A stretch of 64,000 nt of DNA from an uncultured Candidatus Saccharibacteria bacterium (GTDB lineage Bacteria; Patescibacteriota; Minisyncoccia; Phycocordibacterales; UBA9973). The notes beneath the pieces are model-generated. The model was not told the origin of the DNA. It saw only the letters and a list, made by a program, of their open reading frames with translations, and did no database searches. Shown one piece after another: positions 57,281 to 64,000 of the stretch; the stretch's first letter is position 1, and every line of letters begins with the position of its first letter. Where the stretch lies: the NCBI GenBank assembly GCA_964532495.1, contig CAZHJZ010000001.1, positions 108,890 through 172,889 of the forward strand, written 5' to 3'. The position numbers and the translations under genes were made by a program.

Positions 57281-58153
57281 TTAATTAGTTAAAAAATTTA
57301 CAAGTGATCGTGCGGTCTCTCGAATACTATTATTATCTACTGCGTTCTCACCTTCAGAGGTGTTCATTCTACGAAAATTATGAGCAACTCCTTTTATTAT
57401 TGTCACTTTTATATTACCTCCGGACTGAGATAATTCTTCTGAGAAATTCTTATAGTAATCTTGTATATGCTTAGGAATCGGAGGATCATCATTTTCAAAA
57501 AAACTAATCGCTACCGAACCACCATGTAATACAAAGTTTTTCAATTTTTCAAAAATGGGAGATTCAGCAACATTCCATGATGCATGGATAGTATTTTTAA
57601 ATTCTTCTCCATATGGCATATTCTGGATTTCTTTTGGATATGCTGCTGGAGAAATCAATACAAGTTTTGAAACTGCGATACCTTGGGATTGTAGCCGCTC
57701 CGCAGCACCCACTGCCATATATGCGCCAGCACTAGTCCCAACAAGTTGTACATTAGAAGATTGTAATTCTTTGGAAAAATGCTCTGTCACTTGAACTAGG
57801 GTATCGGTTCGAGACTCCATGCTTTCTATGTCCCAATTTCCCGACGAGCCTCCAGTACCTGGCTGGTTATATAAAACCGCTGATTTTTTATGCTCCAACA
57901 TTTTGAGAGCCAGATGTCCGTATAATTTATTTATAAGTGGCAACTTCCCTCTACGCTCCTTATCTCGAGGAATTCCACCAACCATTGTAATTACAGCCTC
58001 TTGTGGTTGACCTACCGTAACAGCACAACGTATTTCATTTCCGTTAATTGGTATTACTTTTGTTTCAAACTTACCAAACTTTAGCCACTCATCCTCTGAT
58101 TGTGGTAAATAGTCAGGATTATTAAATTTATTTCCAAGATTCGGGTGTTCCAT
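57281..58153 (-). CDS. alpha/beta hydrolase (esterase/lipase-like)
   Basis: GxSxG as GTSAG. Catalytic His VAHNF. Confidence 0.65.
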   Translation of the reverse strand: MEHPNLGNKFNNPDYLPQSEDEWLKFGKFETKVIPINGNEIRCAVTVGQPQEAVITMVGGIPRDKERRGKLPLINKLYGHLALKMLEHKKSAVLYNQPGTGGSSGNWDIESMESRTDTLVQVTEHFSKELQSSNVQLVGTSAGAYMAVGAAERLQSQGIAVSKLVLISPAAYPKEIQNMPYGEEFKNTIHASWNVAESPIFEKLKNFVLHGGSVAISFFENDDPPIPKHIQDYYKNFSEELSQSGGNIKVTIIKGVAHNFRRMNTSEGENAVDNNSIRETARSLVNFLTN

Positions 58154-58205
58154 ATAGAAATAATATCAAATTCATAATTAATTCTGGCCTTTGCAAGCCA
58201 TAATT

Positions 58206-58754
58206 TTATACCTTAAGCTTACTAATCAAATCTCTTACAGCATTTCCTCTATGCGAAAACTTATTTTTTTCTTCCGGAGTAAATTCAAGCATCGGCCGGT
58301 CAGTTCCGTCTACTTGGATGAAAAGATCAAATTCACATGCGCCAGGGTCAACTGGCTTTGGTTTTACAACAACGCCTTCAATAGAGCCTAGACCCATCAC
58401 TGGTTCTTTCTGCCCATCATAAACTCCAAGACGGCAGACAAGCATGATCCTTGATCCAATGAATTTCATTCCCATCTCGTACGGATTAAAACATTCAAGA
58501 AAATCCTTGATATAAGGGCCTGGGAAGCCTTTTAGGGCTTCAAAGTGAAGCGAGGTATCATCTACGAGCACCGGTTCTTTGAACTGCTCATAAGCATATT
58601 GAAGTTTGTGTTTAATTATTTCCTCCGGCTTCCCTTGAATCTCAAAATAACCAGGAAGCACTTTCTGCTCGCAATCAAAAAACTCGCCGAGCGCCAGCGA
58701 AAGCTCTCTAAATTTGAGAGAATTCCCTGTAACGATAGCGAGTTTTTGTTTCAT
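58206..58754 (-). CDS. non-canonical purine NTP pyrophosphatase (Ham1/RdgB/ITPase family)
   Basis: IVTGNSLKFRE, EIQGKPEE, PVLVDDTSLHFEALKGFPGPY, and the FSHRGNA terminal motif. Confidence 0.8.
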   Translation of the reverse strand: MKQKLAIVTGNSLKFRELSLALGEFFDCEQKVLPGYFEIQGKPEEIIKHKLQYAYEQFKEPVLVDDTSLHFEALKGFPGPYIKDFLECFNPYEMGMKFIGSRIMLVCRLGVYDGQKEPVMGLGSIEGVVVKPKPVDPGACEFDLFIQVDGTDRPMLEFTPEEKNKFSHRGNAVRDLISKLKV

Positions 58755-58766
58755 ATAGTTTGGGTG

Positions 58767-60863
58767 TTAGATATCCAATTCCGCCATCTTGGCATGCGTC
58801 TGGATAAATGTTTTGCGAGGAGCAACATCGGAGCCCATGAGCATGTCGAAGACTTTGTCTGCGTCAGCTGCGAGTTCAATGTTCACCTGCTTGATAACGC
58901 GTCGAGCTGGGTCCATAGTTGTTTCCCAAAGCTCTTCGGCATTCATTTCTCCCAAACCTTTATATCGCTGAATGTGGACTTTTACAGCTCGAGGCTTGCC
59001 GTCTTTCACTTCGACAACCTCCACTTCCTCGCCTTCTTCTTCACCACCTCCGTCGCGTTCTGCCTGGGCGATCATTTCATCAAGGTCAACATCTTTCTCT
59101 TGTCCAATGACAGCAACTTTTTCTTCGTCGGAATATGCGTAGAAAATTTCCTTTCCTTTTTTGATCTTGTAGAGTGGTGGCTGAGCGATATAGATAAATC
59201 CGCCATCCAAAAGTGGCTTGAAGTATCGGTACAAGAGCGTGAGGATCAATGTTCGAATGTGCGCTCCGTCCACGTCGGCATCGGTTGCGATGATAACTTT
59301 ATGATAACGAAGTTTGGAAATATCGAAGGTATCTCCGATTGCAGTTCCCAAAGCAACCACGAGGTTCTTGATCTGTTCTGAAGCAAGCATGCGGTCGAGG
59401 CGCGCTCGTTCGATGTTCAAGATCTTTCCTCGAAGCGGCAAGATAGCCTGTGTCTTTCGATCGCGGCCGGTCTTTGCAGTACCTCCCGCAGAGTCTCCTT
59501 CCACAATGAAGAGTTCAGATTCTTCGGCGCTTTTTGACTGACAGTCGGCAAGCTTACCTGGAAGCGTCATTCCTTCGAGTGCGCCTTTTCGCAAAATAGA
59601 GTCTTTAGCTGCTTTCGCTGCTTTGCGAGCTCGAACTGCGAGAATTGCTTTGTTGATGATTGATTTAGCCTGATCTGGATTTTCCTCAAGGAAAGCTGCG
59701 AAAGCATCGCCAAACACCGTTGCTACGGCACCCTGGGCCTCCATAGAGCCGAGTTTGGCCTTTGTCTGGCCTTCGAACTGAATCTCAGCAAGCTTTACTG
59801 AAATAACAGCCGTGAGACCTTCAAGTACGTCTTCACCGGTAAATCCGCCATCAGCTTCTTTGATGAGGTTGTTTTTCTTTCCGTAGGTATTGAGCAAGCG
59901 AGTAAGCGCTGTCTTGAAACCTGTAACATGCGTTCCTCCTTCTGGAGTATGGATGTTGTTAGCAAACGGAACGATTTTTGTTTCAATTTCATCCGTGTAC
60001 TGGAGAGCGATTTCAACGCCGACATTATCTAATTCCTTGTCGACATAAAAAACGGTTTCCTGAATCGCTTTCAATCCTTGGTTGTAGTATTTGACCAATG
60101 ACATCAAGCCTCCTTCGAAATAGAACGAGTATGACGGGACTTCGATGTTGAGATCGCCGAACCAGTATGCATCATCAAGTGAGAATTTTTTGTTAAAAAG
60201 AGTATCAGCGTCCATTTCTCGGGCATCGATAATGGTGAGCTTCAATCCTTTGACGAGATATGCCTGTTGTCGCATGTGGTTGACCACCGTGCTCCAGGTG
60301 AACTTTACGCCTTCTTTGAAGATTTCTGGATCTGGAGAAAATGTCGTGATCGTTCCATGCAATTTTGAAGAACCAACTTTTTTGACATTGGCTTTCTTTT
60401 TACCCTGCGAATACTCTTGCATAAAGATACCGCCATCTCGATGAACGACTACCTTCGTATAGATTGAGAGTGCGTTGACAACGGAAGCACCGACACCGTG
60501 GAGACCTCCGGACACTTTATAGCCAGATCCTTCTCCGCCGAATTTTCCACCGGCATGGAGCGTGGTCATGACCATTTCAAGCGCTGAGAGTTTTGTTTTC
60601 GGATGGATATCAGTTGGAATACCGCGGCCGTTATCTACGACGCGGATAAAGTTATCAGGAAGAAGCGTAACCTCAATGCGGTTCGCATGGCCTGCCATCG
60701 CCTCGTCGCGAGAGTTATCAAAAATTTCCCAGATCAAATGGTGAAGACCATCAGGACCAGTTGATCCGATGTACATTCCGGGACGCTTTCGAACAGGTTC
60801 AAGTCCCTCGAGCACTTGGATCTGCTCGGCACCGTATTTAGCTTTCGATTCGTCTTTGGCCAT
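58767..60863 (-). CDS. gyrB: DNA gyrase subunit B (compact, 698 aa)
   Basis: GHKL ATPase motifs (LHHLIWEIFDNSRDE, GLHGVGASVVNALS). TOPRIM EGDSAGG. C-terminal QRYKGLGEM. Confidence 0.9.
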   Translation of the reverse strand: MAKDESKAKYGAEQIQVLEGLEPVRKRPGMYIGSTGPDGLHHLIWEIFDNSRDEAMAGHANRIEVTLLPDNFIRVVDNGRGIPTDIHPKTKLSALEMVMTTLHAGGKFGGEGSGYKVSGGLHGVGASVVNALSIYTKVVVHRDGGIFMQEYSQGKKKANVKKVGSSKLHGTITTFSPDPEIFKEGVKFTWSTVVNHMRQQAYLVKGLKLTIIDAREMDADTLFNKKFSLDDAYWFGDLNIEVPSYSFYFEGGLMSLVKYYNQGLKAIQETVFYVDKELDNVGVEIALQYTDEIETKIVPFANNIHTPEGGTHVTGFKTALTRLLNTYGKKNNLIKEADGGFTGEDVLEGLTAVISVKLAEIQFEGQTKAKLGSMEAQGAVATVFGDAFAAFLEENPDQAKSIINKAILAVRARKAAKAAKDSILRKGALEGMTLPGKLADCQSKSAEESELFIVEGDSAGGTAKTGRDRKTQAILPLRGKILNIERARLDRMLASEQIKNLVVALGTAIGDTFDISKLRYHKVIIATDADVDGAHIRTLILTLLYRYFKPLLDGGFIYIAQPPLYKIKKGKEIFYAYSDEEKVAVIGQEKDVDLDEMIAQAERDGGGEEEGEEVEVVEVKDGKPRAVKVHIQRYKGLGEMNAEELWETTMDPARRVIKQVNIELAADADKVFDMLMGSDVAPRKTFIQTHAKMAELDI

Positions 60864-61175
60864 ATGTATGTGTTGATTATAAAAATAAAAAAGCGCACCA
60901 GAAATGTTGATTTGTACCTATAAAGTATAGCATGTTTTCAATACAAAAACCAGTACAAAATACCGGTTTTAAGCTTGCAAAATAAGGGTCTTTTAACTCC
61001 ATCGGAGTCTCTGAGGGGACGTCTTACGGCACATTGTTCTCGATAGGCGTATTGTTATCTACAACAATACTTTCATTTGCTACAATTTCGCCATCAGTGC
61101 CTGCATTCATGCAACACCCCACGCCACGCCATCACCAGTGTTTAGAGACACTAGCACAGTGAACATAGAAAACTA

Positions 61176-61210
61176 ATAAAAAAGCCAGTCATATTGCTAT
61201 GCTGGCTTTG
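61176..61210 (-). terminator. intrinsic terminator downstream of the T9SS-CTD gene
   Basis: aagccagtc atattgctatg ctggctt, with a T-run on the minus strand. Confidence 0.65.
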
Positions 61211-61238
61211 TAAAAATATATCCACTAAACTAAATTAA

Positions 61239-62930
61239 TTATTCAATTATTATCTTCTTTGCAGTACTGTTACCTGCTTTTAGGAAGTACATTCCTTTTG
61301 GCCAGTCTACTTGCATTTGTTGTTGACCGGAAGTCAGTCGAACCGGTTTCAGTTTTTTACCAACAATGTCGTATACCTCTATAATACCGATATTCCGATA
61401 ATCTTCACACGCAACAGTAAATGTTCCATTGTTTGGACTGGGATATACAGCAAAAGTAGTCTTTGCAACTGTAGCAACGCTTGTTGGCGTGGCAATAGCT
61501 GGGTATGTTTCAACTCTCAGTGTTGTTGAATCGCCGCCGAACATTTCAGCTCTTATACCTGAAAAAAATTCATATATAAGATTGTTGTATCTCAACTCCA
61601 TATCTACAGTTGTCTGAGCAGGGATTTTACCCGCTTGAATAAACTGCAATGCGCGAGTTGAAATTTGCAACTCATTATCTGAAGGATCGGGGTTAAACAC
61701 CTCAATCCTTGAATTCTGCACGATTGTATCTTCAGGTGCATGGCCTAATTGGAAAGGGTTTGTTGCAGTACTACTGATGTAAATAAACGGCATCCGCATA
61801 TCGGGGCCAATATTTACCTGTCCCGGTTGTGCCGGAATATGAGTGTGTACTGTAAACTTTTCTCTCCAAAAGTTGCAAGAACTTATTTCCCACTGATTTC
61901 CATTTACAATAAGGAAATTGAATTGGGTAAAAATGGTTAGCAGCGCCGAGTCTGGGGCGCGGGGAAACAAGTTGCGGAAAAATGGCATCATACCATCTAT
62001 CCCAAGACTATCCGTCATTTTCATGCCTTCGTAAAAATCGTGAGCTATCACTGGGTTCCCTGTGTCAATGATAAACGCTGGTGAAACAAAACTGAATGTT
62101 AGTGTTTGGCCTGGTAATAATATAATTTTACCGTCCATATCACTACTTTCAAATTGTTTTACCTCGTCATATATGATTGGATCCCTAGTAAAAAACTCAG
62201 AGTAAAATTTGTTTGTTACGTGAGATAACTCGTAACATTCGCCGTTTTCTTTTGTGTAACAATACCGGCGTGATGAATCAAGCCACTCCGAATGCTCCCG
62301 GACATCTTGTGCTGACATGTGATCTTGCGGTACACCCGGAATTGTATCTAGGTACCGCGGTTCTCCATCATCTGGATCATTCAATATAGTGTCACCGTTA
62401 AGAAACACTTCACCGACAGTATGGCCTGATAAAATCACCGTGCGAAGCGAATCCAGCGGAATCATTTGCGTCTCCTTGGTAAGATGATCGAAGAAAATCT
62501 GACGCTCTCCGCACATTTGCGAAGCATTGCTCAAGAAAAACGCACATGGAGAATACTGTTTGCGAGCAAGTAATGTATCAAATCCGTTTATGCCGTAGGT
62601 GCTTGGTGCAGGCCTTCTGCAGTGTACAGTGGAAGGACTTTTTACAATCCTGCCATATTCTCTTATATATGCCATAGGGTCGCCAGTGGCAATCATATGG
62701 TTAAGGAAAGATGGTTTATCAGCAAAAATTAAGTCACCTGGCTTATCGAACTTTGTTAACATATAGAACATTTTGGGAAATGTATCAGTGTTCGTAATCC
62801 TGACTGAAAAGCTGTCACCAGGGTTTGGAACACTAGTGCCAAAACCGTTGAATAAGTTAACAACTTGTGCATTTACAGAAATAGCAAAAAACAAAGCGGC
62901 AACTGCCAACAAAAGGTTATTTTTTTTCAT
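61239..62930 (-). CDS. secreted protein with N-terminal signal peptide and T9SS type-A C-terminal sorting domain (Por_Secre_tail-like)
   Basis: MKKNNLLLAVAALFFAISVNAQ signal. The C-terminal roughly 75 aa, FAVYPSPNNGTFTV...IIEVYDIVGKKL...GMYFLKAGNSTAKKIIIE, match the T9SS CTD consensus. Confidence 0.7.
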   Translation of the reverse strand: MKKNNLLLAVAALFFAISVNAQVVNLFNGFGTSVPNPGDSFSVRITNTDTFPKMFYMLTKFDKPGDLIFADKPSFLNHMIATGDPMAYIREYGRIVKSPSTVHCRRPAPSTYGINGFDTLLARKQYSPCAFFLSNASQMCGERQIFFDHLTKETQMIPLDSLRTVILSGHTVGEVFLNGDTILNDPDDGEPRYLDTIPGVPQDHMSAQDVREHSEWLDSSRRYCYTKENGECYELSHVTNKFYSEFFTRDPIIYDEVKQFESSDMDGKIILLPGQTLTFSFVSPAFIIDTGNPVIAHDFYEGMKMTDSLGIDGMMPFFRNLFPRAPDSALLTIFTQFNFLIVNGNQWEISSCNFWREKFTVHTHIPAQPGQVNIGPDMRMPFIYISSTATNPFQLGHAPEDTIVQNSRIEVFNPDPSDNELQISTRALQFIQAGKIPAQTTVDMELRYNNLIYEFFSGIRAEMFGGDSTTLRVETYPAIATPTSVATVAKTTFAVYPSPNNGTFTVACEDYRNIGIIEVYDIVGKKLKPVRLTSGQQQMQVDWPKGMYFLKAGNSTAKKIIIE

Positions 62931-63058
62931 ACAAAATTTTTATGGGGTTGTTTAAAAGGGTGTAGAGACTGACTTACACTATGCCACAAAAATGCATTTT
63001 TTACAAGGGGACAACAAAATACCCTGATAATTCAGGGTATTTTGACTATGATGATTTA

Positions 63059-64000
63059 TTAAATTTCAGAAACAGGAGCAGGGGTGGGGGTGGGGGTGGG
63101 AGGTGTCTCTGGCTGACTTTGCTCAACGGGTGGGCTTGCGGGTTCATCAGACGGAGTTTCTGCGGTTACAGTATCGTCAACCACTGGAATGACTTCTGGA
63201 TCAGGAGTAGGAGTAGGTCCTGGAGTAGGCTCTGGTGTGGGCTCTGGTGTTGGTGTTGGTGTTGGTGTTGGTGTTGGTGTTGGTGTTGGTGTTGGTGTTG
63301 AAACTTGCTGCTGTGGCAGTAATTGTTTCAATTGGTGAAGCTCGGCTCGAGTGATACATTCGTCTGGATAGCCTTCCTCTGATAAACAAACCTCTCGAGT
63401 AAATATTCGCGTGATACCGTTGCTTGCACTTCCCAACCATGTACTGATCGATGACAAGAAAGTATTGCTTGGCGTGGTGAGAGTATCCATTGATGCTACT
63501 TTCAAATTGAGTTCTTGGACTGACTTGATAAGAAGCGGGATAAATGTCTTGTAATCAACCATCATATATCCATCTGTTCGATGACCTACTGCTTCTGGAT
63601 AAAGAGGTTCGACTTGCTGAGCCAGAACCCCAGTATGCTGCTTGCCGTTATCGTTAATGATTGACTGATCATATGTAAAGTCAACAACGCGGATATCTTT
63701 CAATACGTCCAAACCATAGCCAGTATCAACTATATTCTGCTTTGTGCGCTGGTCTGAAGGAGCAGTTGTATCGATAGTGTTTGTTCCGACATAGAGCGTA
63801 GCTGCTCCGGAACCGCTGGTAGCATTGCTAATCTTATTGTTATCGCCATCAACACCAATACGGAGACCTGTAAGGAAAAAGTTTTGTGCCTCTGCATCAT
63901 TAATATATAAAGCATATTCCGCTCCTCCGGTTGCCTGGAGTGACGCACTGCTGAAGTACAAACCATAGACATCCTGAGCAGTTAGAGAAGGAATGTCTGT
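63059..64000 (-). CDS. tail-fibre-like surface protein with S74 intramolecular chaperone domain and (TP)n linker; N-terminus outside the window
   Basis: SDQRTKQNIVDTGYGLDVLKDIRVVDFTYDQ...GVLAQQVEPLYPEAV...GYMMVDYKTFIPLLIKSVQEL matches the endosialidase/tail-spike C-terminal chaperone signature. The frame stays open to the window edge upstream of the listed TTG. Confidence 0.7.
   Translation of the reverse strand, partial: TDIPSLTAQDVYGLYFSSASLQATGGAEYALYINDAEAQNFFLTGLRIGVDGDNNKISNATSGSGAATLYVGTNTIDTTAPSDQRTKQNIVDTGYGLDVLKDIRVVDFTYDQSIINDNGKQHTGVLAQQVEPLYPEAVGHRTDGYMMVDYKTFIPLLIKSVQELNLKVASMDTLTTPSNTFLSSISTWLGSASNGITRIFTREVCLSEEGYPDECITRAELHQLKQLLPQQQVSTPTPTPTPTPTPTPTPTPEPTPEPTPGPTPTPDPEVIPVVDDTVTAETPSDEPASPPVEQSQPETPPTPTPTPAPVSEI
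63081..63100 (+). repeat. G-quadruplex-type motif GGGGTGGGGGTGGGGGTGGG
   Basis: Read directly. Encodes PPTPTP on the opposite strand. Confidence 0.6.
63245..63300. repeat. (TGGTGT)n hexanucleotide microsatellite, about 9 units, encoding (TP)n on the minus strand
   Basis: Read directly. Confidence 0.9.

Noticed and set aside
58206-58754. Considered assigning the gene symbol rdgB
   Set aside because: The sequence is clearly Ham1-family but atypical (IVTGNSLKFRE). Left without a symbol.
62981-63301. Plus-strand ORF ending in WCWCWCWCWC
   Set aside because: Antisense reading of the (TP)n microsatellite inside the minus-strand tail-fibre-like gene. A low-complexity artefact.

Overview
This 64-kb window comes from a compact bacterial chromosome and is dominated by core information-processing genes on both strands.

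- **Gene content:** leuS, rpsB-tsf, one tRNA-Thr(UGU), dnaG-rpoD, rpoB-rpoC, an rpsP/KH/trmD cluster, rnr, smc-rnc, nusB, rpmF, rnhB, dnaE, thrS and gyrB. A five-gene envelope glycosylation cluster (GT2, GT-C, GtrA, thioredoxin-like, processive GT2) and many small secreted or membrane hypothetical proteins fill the rest.
- **What was not found:** no rRNA, CRISPR array, transposase or integrase.
- **Organism-level observations:** most genes lack a Shine-Dalgarno sequence. Several intergenic regions carry perfect TTGAC[TC]-17-TATAAT promoters. Convergent gene pairs share strong bidirectional hairpin terminators. The essential proteins are short (RpoB 1066 aa, RpoC 1207 aa, SMC 759 aa with no hinge), and several have Lys-rich tails. 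This points to a streamlined, probably uncultivated lineage. Affiliation is unclear: CPR-like domain-inserted enzymes coexist with an FCB-style T9SS C-terminal sorting domain.

The features most worth a second look:
- **Nudix expansion:** four clear Nudix boxes occur in the window. One is inserted inside LeuRS together with a Ham1/ITPase-like fold. One is fused to NusB. One is free-standing. One sits in a gyrB-downstream operon with Ham1, two alpha/beta hydrolases and a DUF4406-like protein.
- **Tail-fibre-like surface protein:** it carries a phage-type S74 intramolecular-chaperone domain and a (TP)n linker, next to a T9SS-CTD cargo protein.
- **Tri-domain cell-wall protein:** an LD-transpeptidase-like fold whose catalytic Cys is replaced by Gly, followed by an S11 DD-carboxypeptidase and a CapA domain.
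- **Repeated non-coding modules:** an ~86-bp promoter cassette occurs twice, and a 16-17-nt AGCGCT-containing motif is shared by the dnaG and smc leaders.

All family assignments are from motif recognition by eye; no database search or computation was run. Coordinates may be off by about 1 nt in places.
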